DNA of 63,739 nt, counting the filler, from Reticulomyxa filosa (Eukaryota > Protista > Foraminifera), in assembly GCA_000512085.1 (NCBI GenBank). It is 17 parts of 17 records of this genome, joined end to end, with 100 filler letters (N's around TTAATTAATTAA, not from the genome) between each part and the next. Parts side by side here need not be neighbours in the genome. Positions count along the whole stretch, not along the records: positions 31,202 to 51,169 come from ASPP01023824.1; 16 more parts are not named here. One strand, written 5' to 3'. The notes below the pieces were generated by a model, which did no database searches, was not told where the DNA came from, and saw only the letters and a list, made by a program, of their open reading frames with translations. Numbering within the stretch: position 1 is the first letter of the stretch; each line of letters starts with the position of its first letter. Both the position numbers and the translations under genes were made by a program. Positions 36,787 to 48,272 of this stretch are shown piece after piece.

Positions 36787-37326
36787 TCGCAAATATCTTA
36801 TCACAAACAGAAAATTCCAAAAAATAGTTATTTACTACTTAAGTAGTAAGTACACAAAATTAATTAAAATTAAATATTATAAATTCAATACTTAGACTAT
36901 TTGACAATTTTCTCCATGAAAAACAACATTTAAACATAATTTTTTAAAAATATTGACATGTAGTTTTTTATAATAACTTTCTTTTAGATTGATAAAAACA
37001 TCGTTCTTTCGGATTATTTTTAAAAATTTTGCATTGCAGATAAATCGCACTTGCATTAATCATTGAAAAAAAATTAAAGGAACTTCACATTATATTTTGG
37101 GACATCTGCTGATAAGAGACTGCACTAAATGTAATACGAAAAGGTTTACTCAAAAAGAGATTGTTTTTCGGCAAAACAAAAGTAAATTAAATAAATAAAA
37201 GATTAATGACACAATAAAAGAAAGAAAACAAATAAATATTGCAGAAAATTAGTGGAGAAGTTTAACATAATGGTGACTAATCAAATCATTCAGAGTTCAG
37301 CTATCTATAGTAGTAACTTGCCCTAC

Positions 37327-37358
37327 AATATCGACCACTCAAACGAGTGGTCGATATT
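37327..37358. repeat. Perfect 14-bp inverted repeat (hairpin)
   Basis: AATATCGACCACTC-AAAC-GAGTGGTCGATATT. Confidence 0.9.
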
Positions 37359-38492
37359 TGAGATAAAAGTGTATATATAACTTCATCTCATTTACGTGAA
37401 CATGCTTAATATGTATGAAATATCGGCATTGTCATGAAGAAAATAGATAATCTTCATAAGGAAGTTTTTGCAACATGATGAGTTATTACCATATTTTAAT
37501 GGTCGGTTATAACACAAAATTTTTATTGTTTGCCGGACTTGAATTATGTTAATGTTATAATATTGTAATTATTCATCATAAAACAACATAATTAATTTGA
37601 TGCAAAATAGATAAATCATTATACTTCTTCAGACAGTGAAAATTTTGATATTTTGATTTCATTGATAAAAATGACATTTAGCACAAATACTATTCTCAAA
37701 AGTAAGATAATATTGTGCTATCGATAAGGTTTAGCTTAGGAAGAATTAATTCTGTGAAAATATTCTGCAATAACGATTGCAAATTGACAAACATTATATC
37801 TGTTTTTGCTGTCCGTGCAAACTTATTAACATTAATACTTGTCATTTTTTCCAGCGAGATACAAAAGACTAACTATACTATAAATAAGCATGCGCATTGT
37901 TATCGTTTTGTTAAATGAAATAATTCACTAAAAGAAAAATACCGCGTACAGTGCATGTGCCTGGTTTGAAAACTCGATATTTCCTTAAAAAACACACCAA
38001 GCAAACAGGAATAAGGTGATATGAGTGAACAGAGGCTAATGTAATACAGTTACCTCTAAAAAATTAAATTAAATATAACCAAAAAGCAACACAACAGAAA
38101 AATTGTGTATAATCGTGAGAGAGTAAAGAACTTTAGAAAAAGGCTTTGGTATCCGTTTTACTATTTATCATGAAAAATAAACAATTTCTTTAAAAACGTG
38201 AATAGAAAACAATGTCAAGGTCCCTTTACATTATTTCAAAAGTACTTTTGGACAATGAGCAACCCTTAAACTTTTGATAGTGCTGTTTCTGGGATGTATA
38301 AGCTTTCTCCGTGAACAGTACCCAGCATAGTGATCACAACGAAGAAAAAGAAAAGCGAGACCAAGAGGCGATACACATTGAAGTACACAAAAAAAAGATA
38401 TATCCAATGCTGGATAGGAGGCATGAGATTTTGACAAACGGGCCTCCCTTTTGTTTAAAAAAACAAGAAATTAAAACTCTTTACAAAAAAAA

Positions 38493-40107
38493 TCACAACG
38501 AATTGATCCAGTCTTTCAGTAAAGCGATCTTTTTTTGATATTTTTCATATTCTTTTTCCAAGGAAATTTTTTCAATAGTTTGTTCTTCCACAGCGATTTT
38601 GGACTCAATAACGCTGACGTTACTCGCGGTATCTTTGTTATCAGAGTGTTTCTTGGAAGATTCATTTTTATTGCCACTGTCACTGTCGCTGCCCAAATTA
38701 TCCTGTTCGGAGGTCATATGTGCATTTGCATCGTCTTTTTTTTCATATCGAGACGTGTCTTCATTTTCCTCCAATTGATGAATTTGTGTTTGTGTTTGAT
38801 ACACTTGGATCACTTGTCTGTGTTTTTGCACCCGCAAGCATTGCTTCGCCAAGCATCGATCCAGCCTCATTTCGAACTCTTTGAATTTTATTTCCAACTC
38901 CTCGATGATCTTTGTTAGCTCCGTGCGTAACTTGGCTTTGCACTGAAGATTTTCGCGTTCTAGATCTTTTTTTTTTTTTGATGCTGTGGACTGATGGCAA
39001 GCAAAAGGGTGAATACAGAAAAGATAATCCTCTCTCTCTCTCTCTCTCGTCGTGAGTACAGAAATCGTTTGCATATATGTGCACGCATGAAAATGTACCT
39101 TGTTGTTTCGGGTCCCAAGATTGCGGACCATTTGTGGACGGCTTTGTCATGGAAGGCGCGTTTTCCATCGGTTCGGCGACGGGCGACTCGTCAGGCTCTT
39201 GTGGCGGCGGAGGAGGTATATCTTCCACATTATAAGATGTCCCGGAAACAAACGCCAAAGTTTGAGTTCGTTTTCGTCGAATGTTTTTTTTGTCTTTTAT
39301 CATCCTCGCATGCCCTGACCGTTTTTCACTTATTGTATCACTTCGCTCTATTCTGATTTTTTTTTTTTTTTTTGGTTATATGCACGTGTTGCTTGTAACT
39401 ACTTCGTACATTTACTAATTGCTCAATCCCAAAAAATTTTTTAAATAATGCACAATTTTTTTAAAAAAACGGGGGAAAAGATATAAATATGCTTCATTGG
39501 GAATGCACATATGTTAAACACTGTGCACGTAAGCGGAGGTGGAATGCATTACTTGTCTTGTGGCTTCTTTTTGGGTTTTTGTTTGGGCATCGAATGCGTG
39601 TGTTCCAATCGTCTTGCTTGTGGCGAATCCGATCCACCACTGGAGTTGCCATCTGATTTGCCTTGATCCTTTACTTTAGTTTGTATGTATGCATAAACTG
39701 GGACGACTTGAATCAAAGGTGTCCATTGCAATATGTCAATTCCATTCCATATATAAGTTTGATCATACACCTTGCAAATATAATCACAGACATATATACA
39801 CTTGTAGTACATGTATAATCCACACAAAAAGCGCTTCTTCTCCCAAAATACTCATTAACATAGTTTCTCAAATATTTTATTTAATACAAAGAGTATGATT
39901 GTTAATCCTAAATAAATGTTAATTTTAATTACATACCTCACGACGTAAATATAACGAGCTCAGTTCGTCAACCGTGCAGGGCCCTTTTGAACTGCCATAA
40001 CGGTCGACATAATACCAATCATCACTGGGCTTTTGGGTTTTTGCAAATTTTACTCTATTCTTTTGACTGCCTGCAAGCATAGCAGCATCATACTTTGGAA
40101 ACTCCAT
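38493..40107 (-). CDS. GYF_2 (DUF4339)-domain protein with a Pro-rich linker and a C-terminal coiled coil (~4 exons)
   Basis: WYYVDRYGSSKGPCTVDELSSLYLRRE|VYDQTYIWNG...QWTPL is a GYF_2 signature, followed by PPPPPQ and a coiled coil ending LKDWINSL-stop. Confidence 0.75.
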
Positions 40108-41081
40108 GGTCAATCAAAAATAAAGGGCTTATTTGATTCATTTTCTTTTGGTAGACGTTACAGTAATCACTTTTCCGTAGTTTTTAAATAACAGTTAAGA
40201 AGAATTCGTATCTGGAGTCTTATATTTGTTTATATATAAACTAGTGAGTTTTTAAAAGATCAATCCGCTGAATTCAAATTTTTACACATAACATTAGCGC
40301 TCTTAAAAAAATTTTTGAAATCGACACGTGATTTTAATAACAGTAGAAAGTTCAATGGTTAATTGATCAGTTCAATGTAACAAAAATTTGATCGCTTTGT
40401 TTATATCTAAGCCTTCCATATTATTTTCTTGTTTTTTTATCTTTTTAAAAGTATATTTTATCATATGTTGTTTTCGTCTTTTCAGTATATTTTTGAAGTG
40501 TGCAACTTTTTTCTACAGAAACAGTTGTTTACACTTTTAGTGGACCGAAATTTAAACACTAAAAGCACAAAAAATTTTACAATAAAAATTTCCGTTTCCA
40601 AGTGAATGCAAATATAGATGTTTTTCTCGTTTCGGACACAAATAATGATTTCTTAAACGAAAAAAATAAAGAAAAAGAAGGGCAAGCAAGTAAACTCACA
40701 GCAAAAAATAGCATTGCCGTTAGCTAACAAAAAAGGAAAATATATGTACTATTTTCATAAAAAAAGAAATAAAAATATGTTGCGATAATCAAAATTAGAA
40801 TCGGTCTTTAATGATCAAATTTGAGTTAAAATAAACTAATTATTGAAATACCAATATATTTTGTGTAGTAACCAAATAATGTTCGATCTTTTTTTTCTTT
40901 TGGATCAAATCTCTCTCGCATAAATATCACTATAGCTAGTATTTTTAACAACACCTTGCAAGCTGTTTTTTTCAAATGTTAACAAGGGATTGCCAGTAGC
41001 TTTTTTGTAAAAGGTTTGTTGAGATATAGGAGTCAGTTCCTGCTATGTATACAGACAATATATAAGTCGATTACGTGTTCT

Positions 41082-42702
41082 TTAAGCTTTATTTCCAAAG
41101 ATCAAAATAGTGAATGAAATAATATCACATTCATGTAAAAAAAAACTGTAAAACAATACAAGAACTGCTGTTTCGGTTTCAGCTGCACGTACGTCGTTTA
41201 TCTTGTGTAAATGATCGTACTGTTTGTCTGTGTGCAACTCAAACCAGCTGCTGATTTGTTGTCGCGATTCTGTTAGTACATTAGAAATATCTGACTGCAA
41301 TTTTTCTTCAGCTATTTCGTTCCAAAGTTGATTTGAAATTATTGATTTGCTCATAAATCTCCTATTTTCTTTCACATTAAATAACAACTTACTTTTTGAA
41401 CTAAATTAGATACCATGGTTGTCACTGTTTGATTAATTGTCGGTGAGATATTTTGTTTGGGAAATGATAGCAATTGTGTATCTTTTCGTTGATTATTATC
41501 CAATGTTGATACTTGCTTTTTCTCATTGCTGATTGAAATTCCCTCAACGATCGAAGTTGGCTTTCTACTTAAAAAGTCATTGTTTATTTGGTGTGAAGTG
41601 ACAGCCCTATTATCCGCAGTACTATTTGCACTTTTTAGTAAGTGGACAGGCTCTATGACATTATTATTCGGAGCCAGATTCAAGCTCGAAGCTTTGAAGT
41701 TACTTGTTTGTTGCCTTGCTGGTGAAAGATTCGGCTCTACATTTTCTTTGCAGCAATTGAACCGAGTCGGCTCAGAATATGTTTCCTTCGATACGTGAGA
41801 CTTTCCGCATCTTGTTGAACAGTTGTTTTCCAAATCTCATTTCATTTTTTTTCCAACTTAAGAAAATGAAAAACAAAAACAAAAAACCACAAACGTGGTC
41901 TCGATTTGTTCTTCCGCTTCCAATTTCTGTAAACGCTCTCGCAAGTTTTGTAGCCTTTGATCAATTAATGAACTGATTTGTGACAATTGCTGACTGTCTT
42001 TTGAGTTTGTGTCATGAACATGCGGTTTGCTACATTGTGTTAAACAAGGTGTAACCCTCCAATGTTCTGTTTGTGTACAACAATGCTCTGAATCTTGTTG
42101 TGGCAGAGTCGAGGAAGCCAATACACTGTCAAATGAAATATCGATTGAAAGTAAAGTTTGTTAAATCCAAAAAAAAGCTTTATGGTCAATTTAATACACT
42201 TTTGATATAATCTTAAATACTACAAAAATTGCAAATTTCCTTGCGCTCAAAGAAGGGTACGTTGAAATCAGATATATTTTGGTTTTTTTATGTACTTTGA
42301 AGTATTTTCATACACAAAATATATAAACTTAGAATATGGAGGAGATAATGAATTAGAATGTGCTTGATGAGAGCTTGATTCTGTTTGAGGGAGACACGGC
42401 GTTGTTACCTGTACTGGAGAATGTGAAGCAAATAATTGACTTGCCAGTTGGCAAAAGCCAGTGTGTAGTTTTGAAAAATTACGTTCCAGCGCCTCCACAG
42501 AGTCATGAGAAGGTTGGTCTGTCTGAAGAACGGGTGATTGCTCTTCTGATCGTTTGCGCTTCCGGAAATATGGAGTACCGTTGATTGAGGTTGCTGTTTC
42601 ATGTATGAAACGAGACGGATGAGAAAACTTCAGATAACTCGCTTCCTCGAAGGGTTTGCAATTATATCCTGCTTCTTGCTCTGTAATATTTGCTGGTAGC
42701 AT
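41082..42702 (-). CDS. Hypothetical low-complexity multi-exon protein
   Basis: Consecutive same-strand ORFs (42268-42702, 41858-42121, 41372-41833, 41082-41387) with plausible GT-AG breaks. No family recognised; boundaries are uncertain. Confidence 0.4.
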
Positions 42703-43070
42703 TTCAAACTGAGAAAAAGGGAAAATTTGAAAAAAGTATATTTAAGAAAATTTCAATTAAATGTCGACCTTGTGATGGTTTAGTTTCGCTTGACGTGAAG
42801 CAATAAGCAGATATCTCATCTTTTGATGATTTGGTGTGAAAACAAAAATAAAATCTTTGTCACTAAAGGATTTACGTAAACTGGTCCCTAGAATGAAATA
42901 GTTAATATGAGTGCAACAAAACAGACACAAAAACATCAAATAAAAGCAAAAATTAAAATAAAAATAACATTGTGCCCAAGTAATGAATTTTGTTTAACGC
43001 TTTTTTTCCTTTTCCCTTCCCTTCTACTTGTTTTTTATCGCCCTACAAAAAAATAGTGTTTGGAATTTTT

Positions 43071-46000
43071 TCAATCTGTCGAATTGTCACGCGGAGTTTG
43101 CTGTTCAATTTGCGAAAGTCTGCGTTGTACCTTTTGTAAATACTGTAGTGTGTCATCATCGTCGTCATCATGTTCAGTGTTGAAAACAGCAGCATTGTTG
43201 TTATTATTGACATAGTTTTCGTTGGTATTGTCCTTTTTTTCTTCTCTATTTATGGATGGCAAAGGAGGTTTGTTGGTGCCTCCGGGAATGAAATGAACAA
43301 AATCCCTGTGTTGATTGGAGAGGGAATTCAACGATCCCAAAGCGGTCACTGAAGACACATCAGTAGAAGACATATCATTGGACTCGGATTTGGACTTTTC
43401 CTCGTCCATTTTTCCAGACCTTTCTTTCTTTTTTTTTGATTGGTTTTGGATTTTGCCTTTGGTTTTTTTTGTTTTTTCGATGGCCTCATTTCGTTCGTGC
43501 ATGTCATTTTCAATATCACTGAGTTGAACCGAGTCTCGTGATTGCAATCCTGCGTCGCGAATCATAGGACTCATTAAAAGCAGCTCTTGAGTAGTCATGG
43601 CAGGAAGAGGAGATAACTCTGCGAGTAATGGGATATCGTGTTCCAAGTTTGAAAACTTTTCTTGTTCTACGTGGTTATGCATTTCGAGTCTCTCATTAGC
43701 AGCCGCATGATCATGATCATGGTCGTGATCGTGATCGTGATCGTGTTCATGTTCATTTTCGCTCATTGTCATGTAGCCACTGACTGAATGTTCACTGCGG
43801 GGTTGTGGAACATTTAACCACGATGTATTGGTGTTGGTGTTTGTGACGACACGATCATTGGTCGTCTCATTCTTGTGTTCGTTGCTCGTTTCGACTTTTT
43901 CGTTTTTGGATTCATTCGATTTCGATGGAAAAGTTGTTATGATGATCTTAGGTCCTGACTTGGTGACGACATCATTGTCGTGAACGTCCTGCTTCGACTG
44001 CTTTTGCTTAGTGCTTTCACTCTCCTGCGTGGTTTGTCCTACCTGTAATTGATCCTTTGACACAGGTTTCGATTCGTCGACGAGGATATTGGGATCACTT
44101 TTCGACGCTTTGAATGCCAGTCGAGGGGAAATGGGCTGCGACAATGGTCGTGTCGACTCTCGATGCGTTTCGTTGCCACCATCGCTTCTTATGCCTATGG
44201 ACATATCTAAATGTAATGAAATGCTTTGATCTGTAAAAGTCTTGGAGCACGAGTTTTCTGGTGGTGTATGGGGAGCATTGTCGTTGTCACCGCTATACAC
44301 GGACACAACATAAAAAGACTTTTTTTTTGAAGACAACGAGAGACACAAAGAAAGTCATACATATACCGTGATTTACGCGATACATTAAGTCCACCACGGA
44401 CAGCAACTGCTCCAAACATGTCATCTTTGGTTTGTTGCAACGCCAATTTGTGTGGAGTCAATTTCTGTGTTACGTGTTCCAACGAATTTCTTCTTTGTAT
44501 TGATACCTTTGAGGTGTTTTTGTCAATGCATTGCTCGTTAAGCGTGTTTAAAGCGGTAATTATATCAACAACTTGAACATGTTCAATGGACGGTCGCTTT
44601 GCGCTTTGTGCAACTTCCTCTTTGCTTGTTGGATGTTTCTCCCGCGGATGGCCACTGCTGCTACTCTCTTCATGCCCTTGTGCAGGGACAATCGTGGACA
44701 CCAAACGCACCATTTCACTATTACTTCTCATCAACTGGTGTTCTTTGCCTTTTAACCGAGTCGCTCCAATTTGGAATGGAGTCGATGACGGAGGCAATGT
44801 GATTTTCTCTTTTCGCTTCAACTGCTTATTCAAATTGCGATAATGGATTAATTTCGAATGTAGCGCTCTTTGCGATAACGGCAACGTGGGTCGCTCAAAT
44901 ACTGTGGTGTTATTTTCGACAATGCGAATTCGAAAAGGAAGCACTTTTTTTTTTTTACATACATACCAGATTGAGCTTGAATACAATAGTCTGGAATTTC
45001 TTCCAATGTTCGAAAGCGACCGCAGTTATGCAAGTGTTCATTTTCTATTCTTAGCAGATTCCAAACACCACGACGAAACACCTCCAACGCTGCAAATGGC
45101 AATCTCAAATATGGATCGTACCGTGTTATATCTGAAGATAAAATCAGATGTATTGAATTACTTGTTGCAAACATATAATATATTTATGTATATGTACATT
45201 TATATATGTGATATAACTAAAAAATGTAGGGAAGAGAGCAATAGCCCATGCAATTCGTAACACGAAATTAAAGATAAGTGCAAAGTAATGGAAAAGTGGA
45301 GAAAAGCGGAGATTTGAACGCCAATTCAGCGTGGTGGTCGCGGAATGTTGGAACAAACCCCAATCACAAAAGATGTCCCAACAATGAAAACACAATATTG
45401 TGACCACTCCGATGATAAAACGAAGAATATACAATCCATTCGATGGTACGTGGACATAATAAATGGATAAAATGGTAATTGCTATTGCCATCGAATATTT
45501 GACAGCGTTCAAAATATGATTTTCCCGTGTGAACAGATATTTCAATTGGAGATTGATGTCGTTGTCCCTTGCACTCCGAAGACATTGACAAAAGCGAATC
45601 CAGTCTGAATGTGATTTGTTTAATATTTTTTTTTGAGTATAAAATAGATTGCATTGGAAAAAAATAAAACAAAACATTACAGGGGATAACAAGCAAGGCT
45701 GAAATGATGACTTTGGAATGGTTGGAATCACAAACAGGGGATTGTTTGTTGTTCCACAAGTCTCCACTATTTATCTCCAATTTTGTTGTATGTAAACACA
45801 ATCAATCGAACATAGGACATACATATGTATACGCCAAATGTTCCGACCCTTTTTTTTTTTTTAAAAAAAAAAATGTTAGTAGAACTTTGTCAAATAGCAA
45901 AGAGTGAAAGTGAGATCGACGAGAATAGTAAAAAGACTGGTCCATTGATCGGCCCAAAAAAAGTCAAGGAAGCGCACTCGAGAAAAGGGAGCGACGAGTT

Positions 46001-47993
46001 GACGAAAGAAGCAGCGCAAATGAAAAGTATAACAACGCCAAGTGGTGGGAATGCCCCAAAGGAAGATTAGACCTATGAATGCAGAGACCCATGCAATGAT
46101 CCACGCGCAACACACATAGGCCGGACTCCAGGATACAAAGTCAAAGTCAAAGGCGACGAACATCAAACATCCGATCAAAGTAATGAAGGACATCAACACA
46201 GCCACGCCAAATATTTGAGAGGATCTCATAACGAAAAGTGGATTTATTTCCATGATCAATGAAAAATTCAATTTCTTCCGTTCGAAGCAATAGACATTTA
46301 GTCCCCAGATCCACAGATACAGACTCAACAGCAACGTTGCCTCCAAACTGAACCTACACAAACAAAACAAGTGTAAGATCGAAAGGAGACGAAAAGCGAG
46401 GAATATAACATAACCACGAGTGTTTGACAATGTAATTTTTCCAAAAATGCTTGGATGTCAGACTCCACAATAGTATACACAAGGCCAATAGTGTGACACA
46501 AATGCCAAGACACAATCCCAACCAACAATTCGTGTGACCAAAGACGTCCTCTTGTTTCATGGATGTCTGTTGTAACTGTCGTATTGCTATCTTTTGTATA
46601 TGTGCGGATTCGTCGACGAGTATTTGATGACATCCCTGTTCCAATTGTTGTAATACACTCTCTTCCCAATATCGTCCGCTTCGGAAATTGCAGCTTTGTA
46701 TTTCACGCAGCATGACATATTCAAGTCCTTTCCATGTCAACGAATATTGATCGTGCTTTCTTGCAATTTCGAGAAACGCCGTTATATTTAATATTCGATA
46801 TTTCGATAATTCATTGACGCCGTCATATATTTCTTTCAAAAGTTTTCGCAGTTGTATTTTTTCGCTGTACAATTCCACAGCCACATTTTCGTCTTCGTGC
46901 TCATATTTATGATCATGCTCATATTTGTGATCATGCTCATATTCGTGATTACGTCTGGACGATGTCGTCACGTGGTCTCGATTCGAGGGCGCGTTGTCGC
47001 CATGACTCATTTGCATATTCATATCTTTGGACTTTGGCAACAGTCGGCTTCGTGAACTGAATGTAGTTGATTTCGGTGTGTCCTCGCCGCTCATCGTGGT
47101 TACGTGCGTTGCGCTGATGCGACTGTAATGGAATGCATTCGAAGGTGTCCATGTTTTGTTCAGTCGATTCACACGTTCCAATAATTTTTCCGTCTATCTG
47201 AATCAAAGAATCAAAACATTCCACATTATGTCTTTCATTTCTTTTTTACTTTTCATTTATTGTAACGCAACTTTGCGTATATTCAATATCTTCATATACC
47301 TCAGCTTATCATGTATATTCTTTCAATCAACACAAACAAAACTTGAGCTGAAAAGTATTGACATTGATCCGCATAAAACGAAGACACATGAATCAACTCA
47401 AGTGTCAAATGTTCCAAAAACTGCAATTCCATCACTTTTACAATTGAAATTCCAATTTCTGGCAAATGTCGTTCAAACTGAGGTTCCATTATTTTATTCA
47501 CTTGTCTTTTACTTTTTTCATATTTTTTTTTTTCTTTGTCATCCTTTTCTTCTTTCTCATTCTCTTTCTCTTTCTCCTTCTCTTCATTGGCAATCTTATC
47601 TGTGTTATTCGTCTCTCCGCTCTTCAAATATACCATCTCATTATCCAATGAGTCCTTTTTTACTTTTTTTTTTGTAACTTTATCCTGCTTTCTTCCACCT
47701 AATATATATTACACATCACCTTTTTGTTACATTCTTGTTTTGTTTATGCATTTGTTTTTCATTTTTCACCATTTTTTTTTAGCTTTTTATCCAAAGCCGC
47801 TCTTAACTGACACACTCCGCAATTCTTTCGTTTCTGAGCTATTGTGCTGTTGTCTTTTTTTTTCAAGTCCCTTGGAATGTTGTTTACAGACACCGTCCAA
47901 TTTTTTTAGGCACACTTTCAGAGAGCCAAAATCACAATATTGTTCTGACCATTCCAAAATTTTATTTGCTTCAAAATAAATACCAAACTTCAT
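43071..47993 (-). CDS. XPR1: SPX-EXS phosphate exporter family protein (XPR1/PHO1/Syg1) with a ~600-aa disordered C-terminal tail
   Basis: SPX: MKFG...EWSEQY, FL..EL..VSSFY, LNITAF..ARKHD. EXS: [69 protein letters not shown]. Confidence 0.93.
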
Positions 47994-48272
47994 GGATGTG
48001 AGTGATTGATGTCTTTTTTTTCCAGTTTTCACGTAACTGGGGCTGCACCTATCCATATAATGTTTTAGCCCAGTGAAAAATTTTTCAACGTGTACAACAA
48101 ATTGCAATTTTGTTCTTGTCTGAACAAAAACATTTCTTTTCGTCTTGTCAGTGGAACGTTTATGGCTATCTTAACGCTTGAACTTTTTGCACATCTTCTC
48201 AAGTCATAACTTGCTATTTGAAATATTTTTTTGCTTTCCTTTTTTGTTTTGTCAATTGTTTGAAGGTCACAA
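47994..48272. promoter_or_regulatory. Putative bidirectional promoter between the SPX-EXS and alpha-tubulin genes
   Basis: Divergent start codons at 47993 (-) and 48273 (+) leave only 279 bp between them. No motif identified. Confidence 0.4.
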
